This document shows, one piece after another, positions 1 through 8,599 of a stretch of DNA of 64,000 nt. Positions within the stretch are counted from its first letter, which is position 1, and each line of letters opens with the position of its first letter. Source of the DNA: Mycobacteriales bacterium (lineage in GTDB: Bacteria > Actinomycetota > Actinomycetes > JAFAQI01). The position numbers and the translations under genes were made by a program. Location: NCBI GenBank assembly GCA_035547515.1, contig DASZUS010000056.1:40451-104450 (forward strand), read 5' to 3'. Under the pieces are notes generated by a model. The model was not told where the DNA came from, ran no database searches, and worked only from the letters and a program-made list of their open reading frames with translations.

Positions 1-188
1 CCGCCGACCACGGCAGAGGCGATCAGCGCGCCCTGCCACAGGTGCAGCGCGTCCCGGCCCTGCTTGGTCACGGGAGCTGGCCAACCACCGCGTTCCCACT
101 TTGCGGCCTCCCCCGTGCATCCCGTCGCCAGCAGCATCACGGCGGGGATCAGGGCAAGGCGGGCTACCCGGGCGGAGCGTCGGAGCAC
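1..188 (-). CDS. ctaC: cytochrome c oxidase subunit II, N-terminal part (gene runs off left edge)
   Basis: Own translation of the minus strand from GTG at 188 gives VLRRSARVARLALIPAVMLLATGCTGEAAKWERGGWPAPVTKQGRDALHLWQGALIASAVVGG. It has a lipobox-like LATGC followed by the GWP..VT......LW pattern I recall from actinobacterial CtaC N-termini. It is absent from the ORF track because it is truncated. Confidence 0.45.
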   Translation of the reverse strand, partial: MLRRSARVARLALIPAVMLLATGCTGEAAKWERGGWPAPVTKQGRDALHLWQGALIASAVVG

Positions 189-271
189 GGCCCAAACCTA
201 ACGCAGCGGCTTCGCGCTCCTGCGAGCAGGGGCGGCGTGTCCCGGCAGCGTTGCGCCGGAGCGGCTCTGCG

Positions 272-1231
272 TCACAGGTGGGCGCCGATCTCGGCTGCCG
301 CGTCCTCGCCGTACGCCGCGGCGAGCCTGGCGCGACCGGCGGCGGCGTCGAGGACGTACTCCTGCGGCCCGAGGCTCTCCAGGCACAGCGTTGCCATGAG
401 GGAGCCGAGCTGGGCGCTGCGCTCGAGCGAGAGCTCCCACGACCGCCCCGCCAGGAAGCCCGCGCGGAACGCGTCGCCCACGCCGGTCGGGTCGGCGACG
501 GTCTCGGCCGGTACGACGCCCACTCTCAGCTCGTCCTGGCCGTCCTGCTCGATGACGACGCCGTCGGCGCCGTGCGTGGTGACCCGGGTGCCGACCGCGG
601 CAAGGACCTGCTGTGCCGTCATGCCGGTCTTGGACTCGAGCAGGGCCGCCTCGTAGGCGTTGCAGAACAGGATCTGGGCGCCGTCGAGCAGCGTGGTGAT
701 CGCCGCGCTGTCGAGCGAGGCCAGCTGCTGGGAGGGGTCCGCGGCGAACGGGATGGCGTGGTCCCGGCAGTACGCCGCGTGGGCGACCATCGCGTCCGGC
801 GCGTTGGGGCTGACCAGGACGAGGTCGAGCTCGCCGAGGGCGCCGAGGTCGATCTGGGCCGACTCGGCCATGGCGCCCGGGTAGAACGACGCGATCTGGT
901 TCTGGTCGGTGTCCGTCGTACACACGAAGCGCGCGGTGTGGCGGGTCTGGGACACCCGGACACCGGAGGTGTCGACGCCGTGGCCTTCGAGCCACTCCCG
1001 GTAGTCGGCGAAATCCGGCCCGACGGCGCCGACCATCACCGGGGCCAAGCCGAGGTTGCCGAGCCCGAAGCAGATGTTCGCCGCGACCCCGCCGCGGCGT
1101 ACCTCGAGGTCGTCGACCAGGAACGACACCGAGATCGAGGCGAGCTGGTCGGGCAGGAGCTGCTCGGCGAACCTGCCGGGATAGGTCATCAGGTGGTCGG
1201 TGGCGATGGATCCGCTCACGGCGATGCGCAT
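272..1231 (-). CDS. adoK: adenosine kinase (PfkB/ribokinase family)
   Basis: 319 aa. The N-terminus MRIAVSGSIATDHLMTYPGRFAEQLLPDQL and the C-terminal DPTGVGDAFRAGFLAGRS..LERSAQLGSL closely resemble M. tuberculosis AdoK (Rv2202c) as I recall it. The PfkB DPTGAGD-type motif is present. Confidence 0.85.
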   Translation of the reverse strand: MRIAVSGSIATDHLMTYPGRFAEQLLPDQLASISVSFLVDDLEVRRGGVAANICFGLGNLGLAPVMVGAVGPDFADYREWLEGHGVDTSGVRVSQTRHTARFVCTTDTDQNQIASFYPGAMAESAQIDLGALGELDLVLVSPNAPDAMVAHAAYCRDHAIPFAADPSQQLASLDSAAITTLLDGAQILFCNAYEAALLESKTGMTAQQVLAAVGTRVTTHGADGVVIEQDGQDELRVGVVPAETVADPTGVGDAFRAGFLAGRSWELSLERSAQLGSLMATLCLESLGPQEYVLDAAAGRARLAAAYGEDAAAEIGAHL

Positions 1232-1293
1232 CTGGGCAAACTACCGACCGGTAAGGGTTTTGCTACTCACGGGTCACCCTTACGGTCCGAGCC

Positions 1294-1485
1294 ATGTCGC
1301 CTCGCCACCTGGCTCTCGAGCACGGCTCCGACACGCTGGCCGATCTCGTCGCGGACGCGCGGGCGATCCCGGCTGCGGCCTACGGCGCCGGCAAACGCGT
1401 CATCGACCTGGCCGAGCCGGCCCGCGCCATGGTGATCGCGATCCCCGAGGCCACCGCGGCGGCCTTCGCCGACTTCGCCGGCTAG
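1294..1485 (+). CDS. hypothetical small protein (63 aa)
   Basis: Open frame with strongly GC-biased third codon positions in an otherwise intergenic gap. No recognisable motif. Confidence 0.4.
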   Translation: MSPRHLALEHGSDTLADLVADARAIPAAAYGAGKRVIDLAEPARAMVIAIPEATAAAFADFAG

Positions 1486-1494
1486 CGCGAGGGT

Positions 1495-1851
1495 CTAGCT
1501 GAAGGAGTCGCCGCAGGCGCAGGAGCCGGTGGCGTTGGGGTTGTCGATCGTGAAGCCCTGCTTCTCGATCGTGTCCACGAAGTCGATGGTCGCGCCGGTG
1601 AGGTAGGGGACGCTCATCCGGTCCACGACGACCTTGACCCCGCCGAAGTCGGTGAAGGTGTCGCCCTCGAGGGTGCGCTCGTCGAAGAACAGCTGGTAGC
1701 GCAGGCCCGAGCAGCCGCCGGGCTGCACCGCGATGCGCAGCGCCAGGTCGTCGCGACCCTCCTGCTCGAGCAGGCTCTTGACCTTGACGGCGGCGCTGTC
1801 CGAGAGGATGACGGACTCGGTCGACGTGGCGGTGGTGTCCTGCACGGTCAT
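1495..1851 (-). CDS. erpA: iron-sulfur cluster insertion protein ErpA (HesB/IscA family)
   Basis: Internal ATG at 1851 of the 1495..2061 ORF gives MTVQDTTA...GCSGLRYQLFFD...NPNATGSCACGDSFS. The C-terminal CxCG signature of A-type carriers is present. The upstream part of the ORF is Arg/Pro-rich junk. Confidence 0.85.
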   Translation of the reverse strand: MTVQDTTATSTESVILSDSAAVKVKSLLEQEGRDDLALRIAVQPGGCSGLRYQLFFDERTLEGDTFTDFGGVKVVVDRMSVPYLTGATIDFVDTIEKQGFTIDNPNATGSCACGDSFS

Positions 1852-1924
1852 AGGGCAACGCTCCTCAGCTGAACTGGTTCTTTCCACTGTACGCAACCAG
1901 CGGCACGTCAGGGGTTGTTCCCGC

Positions 1925-2977
1925 TCAGCGAGTCCAGCTATGCGCGACCGCAGCCCCGAGTCGGCGTACGCCGCTCGCGCCGGCCGCGAGCGCGGCCTCG
2001 GCCGATCCGAGCTCGTCGGCGACCGACCAGACCTCGTCGATCCCGTGCGCGGCCGCGTCACGGCTGCCCACCTGCGCCTGTCCCGCCGCCACGATGCACG
2101 GCACGCCGCACGCCTGCGCGCGCTGCGCCACGCCCGACACGACCTTGCCCCGCAGGGAGGTCGCGTCGAAGCGGCCCTCCCCCGTCACCACGAGATCGGC
2201 GCCTTGGATCGAGCGCTCCAGCCCGACCGCGGCCATGACCACGTCGGCTCCCGGGCGGCGCTCGGCCCCGAGCGCCATCAGGCCGAACCCCAGCCCGCCG
2301 GCGGCACCCGCACCAGGCCGGTCATGGAGTCCGGGCATGCCGACCGCTGCCTCGACGGCATCCGCCCAGCGCTCGAGCTCCGCGTCCAGCGCCATGATCG
2401 CCGCCTGGTCGGCACCCTTCTGCGGGCCGTAGACGGCGCTCGCGCCGTAGAGGCCGAGCAACGGGTTGTCGACGTCGGTCGCGGCCACCAGCTGCACGCC
2501 GAGGTCCGGCACCTGGCCGGGCTGCGCGCCGAGCGCTTGCCAGAGCCCCTTGCCGCCGTCGTTGGTCCCCGACCCGCCCAGGCCCACGACCACGGTCCTC
2601 ACCTGCGGCGTCGCCGCGGCAGCCGCAACCAGCTGGCCCACGCCGTACGTCGTCGCGGTCCGCACGTCCCCGCCGAGCGCCCGCAGCTCCTCGAGCCCGC
2701 AGGCGACGGCGGATTCGACGTACGCGGTGTCGCCGGCGACCAGGAGCTCGCGCGTCCGGACCGCGCCGGTCGGGCCCTGCGCCGCGATCTCGACCGTCCG
2801 CGCCCCGGGAATGGCGGCGGCGAGGGCCGCGAGCATGCCCGGGCCGCCGTCCGACACGGGCGCGAGCACCAGCTCGTCGTTGGGCGCGACGTCGCGCCAG
2901 CCGGCGGCGAACGCGGCTGCGGCCTCGGCCGCGGTCAACGTGCCGCCGAAGGAGTCCGGCGCGACGACAACTCGCAT
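1925..2977 (-). CDS. glxK: glycerate kinase
   Basis: 350 aa. MRVVVAPDSFGGTLTAAEAA..., GGSGTNDGGKG and VVTGEGRFDATSLRGKV are typical glycerate kinase motifs. The position matches Rv2205c synteny. Confidence 0.8.
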   Translation of the reverse strand: MRVVVAPDSFGGTLTAAEAAAAFAAGWRDVAPNDELVLAPVSDGGPGMLAALAAAIPGARTVEIAAQGPTGAVRTRELLVAGDTAYVESAVACGLEELRALGGDVRTATTYGVGQLVAAAAATPQVRTVVVGLGGSGTNDGGKGLWQALGAQPGQVPDLGVQLVAATDVDNPLLGLYGASAVYGPQKGADQAAIMALDAELERWADAVEAAVGMPGLHDRPGAGAAGGLGFGLMALGAERRPGADVVMAAVGLERSIQGADLVVTGEGRFDATSLRGKVVSGVAQRAQACGVPCIVAAGQAQVGSRDAAAHGIDEVWSVADELGSAEAALAAGASGVRRLGAAVAHSWTR

Positions 2978-3010
2978 GACTCCATCTCACCTGACTGCTA
3001 GGCAGAACTC

Positions 3011-3889
3011 ATGTCCGAGGTGACCGTGCGGCCGGCGACGACCGACGATGCCGATGAGTGCTTCCGCGTGCAGCTCGCGGCGTTTGCCGACCTGGATCGC
3101 CGGCTGCACGAGCCCGCGCAGCCGGTGAGCGACGCCAAGCGGGTTCGGGGCCGAGACTGGATCGCCCATTTCGTCACTCACGACCCCGCCGGATCATGGG
3201 TAGCCGTCGTCGATGACCGTGTCGTCGGGTGCGGCCTGGCGCTGAGACGGGACCGCCTCTGGGGACTGTCACTGCTGGTCGTCGACCCCCGCGCCCAGTC
3301 CGCCGGCGCCGGGCGGCTGCTGATGGAGGCGACCCTGCGCTACGCCGAAGGATGTGACCGGGCGGTCATCCTGTCCAGCCGCGACGCCCGGGCGATCCGC
3401 ACCTATGCGACCAGTGGCTTCGGGCTCTACCCGCAGGTGACGGCGAAGGGGCGCCCGTCCCTCGACGCGGTGCCGCCGTCGGTGCGACGGGTGCGACCGG
3501 GCACGGCAGCCGACATCGACCTCGCGGACCAGATCGACCGCCGCGTCCGGGGCGCAGGGCGCGGCCCGGACCACGCCTGGATCGCCGGGTTCGCCCCGAT
3601 GTACGTCGTCGATGACGCGGACGGCAAGGGCTACGCGTACCTGCGGGACGGCGATGTCTACCTGCTTGCCGCGACGGACGACGACACCGCGAGCGACCTG
3701 CTGTGGCGGTGCCTGGTCCACGCGGGGGAGCACGACCTCGAGGCGGGCGTCTACCACATCACCGGCGAGCAGCAGTGGGCGGTCACTGCCGCTCTCGCCG
3801 CGCGCTTGGTGATCCAGCCCGATGGCCCGGTGTTCTGGCGCGGCATCACGCCACCGCGGGCGTACCTCCCGTCGGGGGCCTACCTCTAG
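3011..3889 (+). CDS. GNAT family N-acetyltransferase
   Basis: 292 aa. The acetyl-CoA binding-like segment LLVVDPRAQSAGAGRLLMEATL is typical of the GNAT fold. Confidence 0.7.
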   Translation: MSEVTVRPATTDDADECFRVQLAAFADLDRRLHEPAQPVSDAKRVRGRDWIAHFVTHDPAGSWVAVVDDRVVGCGLALRRDRLWGLSLLVVDPRAQSAGAGRLLMEATLRYAEGCDRAVILSSRDARAIRTYATSGFGLYPQVTAKGRPSLDAVPPSVRRVRPGTAADIDLADQIDRRVRGAGRGPDHAWIAGFAPMYVVDDADGKGYAYLRDGDVYLLAATDDDTASDLLWRCLVHAGEHDLEAGVYHITGEQQWAVTAALAARLVIQPDGPVFWRGITPPRAYLPSGAYL

Positions 3890-4905
3890 GCCCCGCCCAC
3901 CACCCAGGCGAACTCGGTGCCGGTCAAGCCCAGCGAATACATCGCCCCGCCGTTCGCCAGCACGGCGCTCGTGGTGGGGACCGCCGTGGGAACGTCGGAC
4001 GCGGTGTCTGGCAACGTCTTCCAGGTGCCGGGCTGGTAGACCACGTAGCCGTCGGCGTGACCCAGGGCCACGATCACGTTCGCAGCCACGCGCCGCCACC
4101 CGCCCGCCTCCCGCGCGATAAGTGCAGACTGCGTCGTGCCGTTGCTCCTTGTCCGCTCGACGGTTGTCCATACCTGTCGCCGTGGTCCGACGAACGTTGC
4201 GCGACCCATCTGCCAACCTTCGCTCGCTGTCCCGTAACGGCCTAACGGCCGCCCGGCATGGGGGTCGCTGAGGGAGAACTCGTCGTAACCGACACTGGAG
4301 CCCAGACCGGCGTCGGCCCGAGGGTTGCCGACCTGGATCAAGACGTAGTCGCCATTCGGGCTGGTCACGACCTCGGCTCCGGTCGGCTGCACGGTGGGCT
4401 TCGGGTAGACGTGGAGCACGCTGTGGCCCCCTGACAGGGCCGAGAGGCGCATGGTGCTGGCCGCAAGGACGCCACGTTTCTCCGTCGTGACGCGATCCAC
4501 GATTCCCTGGGGGTAGACCCCCTCGGGGTAGTTCGCGTGCGGCACCTCGACCAGATGCGGTGACGGACTGAGATCGACGGCGGCAGGCTTCGCGTTGCGG
4601 TCGAGGACCACGAGGGTGTCGCCGGCGAAGCCGATGAAGTCACCATCGGCCTTCGGGACGACTGTCGTCGCGCCGCTCGTCATGTCGTCGAGGACGACGG
4701 CGGTGAAGCCGGTGCGCGGCGAGAACTCCTGCCATGCCAGCCACTTGCCGTCCGAGGAGGCCGTCAGGTTGCTGATGGTCAGCCGCCCATGACCGGTGGA
4801 CACCGGGCCGATCTGCTGCGGCGTCGAGGTCGAGGCCGTCCGCGCCGACCTGCACGACGTCGACCTGACCTGCGGCGCCCTGACCTGCAGCGGCGACGTA
4901 GGCAA
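3886..4905 (-). CDS. beta-propeller-like (PD40/TolB-type repeat) protein, second tandem copy; lacks its own signal peptide and is probably the out-of-frame continuation of the upstream gene
   Basis: 339 aa ORF, paralogous along its length to 4640..6130. Examples are SSDGKWLAWQEF vs SADGSWLAWAEE and ...EFAWVVGGA vs ...QLAWVGGA. See the frameshift finding. Confidence 0.55.
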   Translation of the reverse strand: MPTSPLQVRAPQVRSTSCRSARTASTSTPQQIGPVSTGHGRLTISNLTASSDGKWLAWQEFSPRTGFTAVVLDDMTSGATTVVPKADGDFIGFAGDTLVVLDRNAKPAAVDLSPSPHLVEVPHANYPEGVYPQGIVDRVTTEKRGVLAASTMRLSALSGGHSVLHVYPKPTVQPTGAEVVTSPNGDYVLIQVGNPRADAGLGSSVGYDEFSLSDPHAGRPLGRYGTASEGWQMGRATFVGPRRQVWTTVERTRSNGTTQSALIAREAGGWRRVAANVIVALGHADGYVVYQPGTWKTLPDTASDVPTAVPTTSAVLANGGAMYSLGLTGTEFAWVVGGA

Positions 4906-6130
4906 GGCTGCCGACCACCCCCGCCACAGCCGCGTGGGCGCTCGGGGTTGCCGTCGGCAGCGCCCCGCCGACCCATGCGAGCTGGCTTCCCTCGACGGAA
5001 GTCAGGTCGTGCGTGCCACCTGGGCCGTCGAGGACGGCGGGCGCACTCGGCACGGCGTCGTACTCGCCGTCAGGCGCGTTCTTCACTTCTCGCCACGTGC
5101 CCGGCTGGACCACGACGTAGCCATCGGGGTTGCCGGCGACGGCGATCGCATCGCGTGCCTGCAGCTTCCACCTGCCGCCGGTGAAGCTGACCACGACGCC
5201 GCGTACGACAACGTCGTTGTTGGCGACCTTGGTGTAGCCACTGTGCAGCGCCATCCACGGCGTGTCCTGCGTGCCCACGAACGTTGCGTCGACGAGGCGC
5301 CACTTTGCGGCCTTCGTGCCGTATTCGCCGAGCTCGCGACGCTCGTGGCCCCCAGACATCGCGTACTCGTCGAACAGCGAGCTCGGACCAAGTCCGTCGA
5401 AGTCCTGGTGATTGCCGCGCTCGACCAGAAGCTCCTTGCCGTCCGGGCTCACCGCGTCGATGTTCGCCGTCACCGCGCGGTAGTCCAGACCGACCTGATA
5501 GGTATGCAGCACGGTGTGGTGGCCGCTGAAGCTCGTCAGCCTCAGTTGCTCCGTGTCTAGGTCGCCACGGCCTGTCGACTTCGATCGCACGTCGACGACA
5601 CCGCCGGCGTAGGTCGCGACCGGGAACGCGTTGCCCTCGTGCAGGGAGACGAAGTGCGGCGACGGATTCGTCACCAGCCGCGCTGTTCGGGCGCCCTCGA
5701 CGACCAGCTGGCTCCCCGAGAACCCGAGCGGTGCCGCGTCGCTGTTGATAGCGGTCGTCGCGCCGGTGGTCATGTTTCGTACCGCGATGCGCTGCCTCAC
5801 CTCGACCTTCCCGTACGTCGGGTCAGGCTTGAACACCTCCTCGGCCCAGGCCAGCCAGCTCCCGTCCGCCGACACGACTAGGTCGGTCACTACGACGTTC
5901 AGCGGCGCGGCCACCGTCGTCACCGGCGCGATCTGGACCGGATCAGTGGTGGTGCCGTCAGAAAGCACTGCGACAACATCGAGGGCCCCGCGAGGAGTGA
6001 TGAATGCGAGGTGGCCAGCCGGGACGGCCGTCGACGCCGCCCAGGCCGGGCCGAACGACAGGAACACGCTGCTCGTCGAGAACAGAAGACCGGGGACGAG
6101 GAGCCGCAGCGATCGCATACTGCTGATCAT
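4640..6130 (-). CDS. secreted beta-propeller-like (PD40/TolB-type repeat) protein, first tandem copy
   Basis: ATG at 6130 gives the signal peptide MISSMRSLRLLVPGLLFSTSSVFLSFGPAWAAS. SPDGKELLV and DGSWLAW repeats are present. After the domain end (AWVGGA) the frame stays open and reads into the N-terminus of the next copy. The 3' end as listed is the first stop in this frame. Confidence 0.6.
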   Translation of the reverse strand: MISSMRSLRLLVPGLLFSTSSVFLSFGPAWAASTAVPAGHLAFITPRGALDVVAVLSDGTTTDPVQIAPVTTVAAPLNVVVTDLVVSADGSWLAWAEEVFKPDPTYGKVEVRQRIAVRNMTTGATTAINSDAAPLGFSGSQLVVEGARTARLVTNPSPHFVSLHEGNAFPVATYAGGVVDVRSKSTGRGDLDTEQLRLTSFSGHHTVLHTYQVGLDYRAVTANIDAVSPDGKELLVERGNHQDFDGLGPSSLFDEYAMSGGHERRELGEYGTKAAKWRLVDATFVGTQDTPWMALHSGYTKVANNDVVVRGVVVSFTGGRWKLQARDAIAVAGNPDGYVVVQPGTWREVKNAPDGEYDAVPSAPAVLDGPGGTHDLTSVEGSQLAWVGGALPTATPSAHAAVAGVVGSLAYVAAAGQGAAGQVDVVQVGADGLDLDAAADRPGVHRSWAADHQQPDGLLGRQVAGMAGVLAAHRLHRRRPRRHDERRDDSRPEGRW

Positions 6131-6214
6131 GACCGACCGCGGTGGGCGAGGACGAGCCCAGCGGCCGACCTCACCCTCGGCGGCGAACGGGCTAGCGGAC
6201 CCGGTAGCGGACGT

Positions 6215-7408
6215 ATGACGTTCGCGACACTCGCGCTGATCGTCACGGTCGGCATCGCCGGACCGCTGCTCGCGCTCCCGCGTCAGTGGCACCTGCCGGT
6301 CGTCCTGGGTGAGCTCGTCGCCGGCATCCTGCTCGGCCCCACCGGGAGCGGCACCTTGCACGCCGCTGACCCGACCTTCACGGTGCTTGCGGACGTCGGT
6401 TTCGCCCTCGTGATGTTCGTCGCCGGCTCGCACGTCCCGGTCCGCGACCCGGCGATCATCGAGTCGCTGCGTACCGGAGGCCTGCGAGCCGTCGCCGTGG
6501 GAGTGGTCTCGGTCCCGCTGGCGCTCGCGACCTCTCACGGCTTCGGCACCGGTCACACCGCGCTCTACGCCGTACTGATGTCCTCCTCGTCCGCCGCGCT
6601 GATCCTGCCGATCGTCGACTCGCTGAGCCTCACCGGCGACGCGATCACGGCGGCGCTCCCCCAGGTCGCGCTTGCGGATGCCGCGTGCATCGTCGCGCTG
6701 CCACTCGCGATCGACCCGTCGCGTGCCGGCAAGGCCTCGCTCGGCGCACTGGCCGTGATCGGCTGCGCGGGAGCGCTGTTCGTCGTACTCCGGTACGTCG
6801 AAAACCGCGGCTGGCGGCGAAAGGTGCACGAGATGTCCGAGGAACGTTCGTTCGCCCTCGAGCTGCGGATCAGCCTCGCGGTCCTGTTCGGGTTGGCAGC
6901 TGTCGCGACCAAGACGCACGTCTCGATCATGCTGGCGGGCTTCAGCTTCGGCATCGCGGTCGCTGCGGTTGGCGAACCCCGTCGCCTGGCCAAGCAGCTG
7001 TTCGCGGTGACGGAGGGATTCCTCGGCCCGCTGTTCTTCGTGTGGCTCGGCGCCTCGCTGGACATCCGGGCGCTCGGCAGCCACCCGAAGCTCATCGCGC
7101 TCGGCGTCGTACTCGGTGCCGGCGCGGTCCTGACGCACGCCTCGATGTGCATCACGAGGCAACCGCTCGCCGTGGGCGGGTTGTGCGCGGCGCAGCTTGG
7201 CGTGCCCGTGGCTGCGGCGACCTTAGGGACCCAGGACGGCCTGCTCTCCCCCGGACAGCCGGCGGCGCTCATCCTTGGTGCGCTGCTGACGATTGCGATT
7301 GCGACGATCTCCGGCGGCGTGCTCGCACCACGAAGCGAACGATCAACACCACCAGCACCACGCCGACCGCGGCGGCAAGGTAGCCCGCGTACTTCACGAT
7401 CGTCGTGA
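6215..7408 (+). CDS. cation:proton antiporter (CPA2/Kef-like membrane domain)
   Basis: ATG at 6215 gives MTFATLALIVTVGIAGPLLALPRQWHLPVVLGELVAGILLGP..., a typical Na+/H+ exchanger family N-terminus with many TM segments. The 3' tail overlaps the convergent dedA gene. Confidence 0.75.
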   Translation: MTFATLALIVTVGIAGPLLALPRQWHLPVVLGELVAGILLGPTGSGTLHAADPTFTVLADVGFALVMFVAGSHVPVRDPAIIESLRTGGLRAVAVGVVSVPLALATSHGFGTGHTALYAVLMSSSSAALILPIVDSLSLTGDAITAALPQVALADAACIVALPLAIDPSRAGKASLGALAVIGCAGALFVVLRYVENRGWRRKVHEMSEERSFALELRISLAVLFGLAAVATKTHVSIMLAGFSFGIAVAAVGEPRRLAKQLFAVTEGFLGPLFFVWLGASLDIRALGSHPKLIALGVVLGAGAVLTHASMCITRQPLAVGGLCAAQLGVPVAAATLGTQDGLLSPGQPAALILGALLTIAIATISGGVLAPRSERSTPPAPRRPRRQGSPRTSRSS

Positions 7409-7955
7409 CGTGGCTGCCCGCCGTGTCGCTGAGGCCGGTCCAGAACCCCACCCAGATGACCGCGCCGGCGGTGCTGAAGACCATGAAGCGCCGGAAGGTC
7501 ATGTCGGAGATGCCGGCGATGATGCCCATCGCCTGGCGCACGCCGTCGATGAACCTCCCGAGCAGCAGGACCAGCCACCCGCGCCGGTTGAAGAAGGCCT
7601 CTGCCTTGTCCATCCGCTCGCTGGTCAGCAGGACGTACTTGCCGTAACGATCGACCAGCGGTCGACCGCCGTACACCCCGATCGCGTAGCCGGCGATGCT
7701 CCCGATGATCGAGGCGAGCACGCCCACGATCGCGACGGCGACGATGTTCAGGCTGCCGGTCCCGGCGTAGATCGCGGCCGCGATCAGCACGAGCTGGCCG
7801 GGCAGCGGAACGCCCATGTTCTCGACGAACAGCGCGCCGGCGACCGCGTAGTAGCCGTAGTGGTGCAGCGTCGGCTCGAAGTGCTGCAGCCCGCCGGGCA
7901 GCGGCGAGGGCGACGGTGAGGGACTCGCCGCCAGGAGCCTCGCAATGTCGATCAC
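7269..7955 (-). CDS. DedA family membrane protein
   Basis: 228 aa, GTG start. FVENMGVPLPGQLVLIAAAIYA...GRFIDGVRQ is characteristic of DedA/SNARE-associated proteins. Confidence 0.8.
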   Translation of the reverse strand: MIDIARLLAASPSPSPSPLPGGLQHFEPTLHHYGYYAVAGALFVENMGVPLPGQLVLIAAAIYAGTGSLNIVAVAIVGVLASIIGSIAGYAIGVYGGRPLVDRYGKYVLLTSERMDKAEAFFNRRGWLVLLLGRFIDGVRQAMGIIAGISDMTFRRFMVFSTAGAVIWVGFWTGLSDTAGSHVTTIVKYAGYLAAAVGVVLVVLIVRFVVRARRRRSSQSQSSAAHQG

Positions 7956-8005
7956 GTCAGCGCCGGCGGCAATCGCTCATCGCGCGATCCTGGCAGACGC
8001 CGTCG

Positions 8006-8584
8006 TCAGAGGCCAGGTGCTCCCCACACCGGGAACCACCGCGAGAGGTCCTGCTCGACTTTGAGGTCGTCGCCGAGCTGGTCCTTGATCTGCAGCTCGC
8101 GCATGTTGTTGCGCTTGTCCTTGCCGGTCGGCGCGAACGGGTACCACGCGCCGCGCTTGTACAGGTAGATCAGGCCGACCGTGGGCGCCTGGCCGTCGCT
8201 GAAGGCGACGAGGGTGCACAGCAGCGCCGGGCCGAAGCCCGCCGAGTCGAGGGTGGAGTTGATCGCGTGGAGATCGGTGATCAGCCCCGACACGTCATCG
8301 GGCGAGGTACGCCGGGTCAGCCAGGTGAACCCGTAGGAGTCGGTGGTCTGCTCGTACTTCGCTGAGCCGGCCTCGTCGTTCATCGTGAGCAGCTGCTGCA
8401 CCTCCGCCTGCAACCCGGCGAACGCACCGCCCTCGGCGGGCTTGACGCACACCGAGCCCACACCGGTCGGCTTGAGGTTCGCGGCAGCCTGCAACGTCAC
8501 TGCGGCGCTGGGCAGCGCGAACAGGTCGTCGAGGTCTGGCTTTACCGGCTTGCTGCGCCCGAAGACGGTGTCCAGAAGTCCCAC
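8006..8584 (-). CDS. PspA-associated protein PspAB-like (conserved actinobacterial)
   Basis: 192 aa. It is the last gene of the pspA-containing co-directional cluster, 16 nt after htpX. I recall this family name from NCBI annotation of PspA neighbourhoods; it needs verification. Confidence 0.6.
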   Translation of the reverse strand: MGLLDTVFGRSKPVKPDLDDLFALPSAAVTLQAAANLKPTGVGSVCVKPAEGGAFAGLQAEVQQLLTMNDEAGSAKYEQTTDSYGFTWLTRRTSPDDVSGLITDLHAINSTLDSAGFGPALLCTLVAFSDGQAPTVGLIYLYKRGAWYPFAPTGKDKRNNMRELQIKDQLGDDLKVEQDLSRWFPVWGAPGL

Positions 8585-8599
8585 GCGGATCCTCGGCGA

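Noticed and set aside
101-1435. Long ORFs antisense to or overlapping clear genes. Examples are 101..1435(+), 13695..14747(-), 15468..17168(-), 16501..17685(-), 37301..38761(-), 50121..51101(-), 54935..55888(-) and 60129..61199(-).
   Set aside because: In ~72% GC DNA stop codons are rare in all frames. These translations are Arg/Pro/Gly/Ala-rich with no motifs, while the opposite or alternative frame encodes proteins with unmistakable family signatures.
7269-7408. 140-nt convergent overlap between the antiporter and dedA, considered as a possible antisense regulatory arrangement or mis-assembly.
   Set aside because: The antiporter tail in the overlap is low-complexity (PRSERSTPPAPRRPRRQGSPRTSRSS). 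It probably reflects late stop-codon occurrence in GC-rich DNA, and no specific structure is visible.
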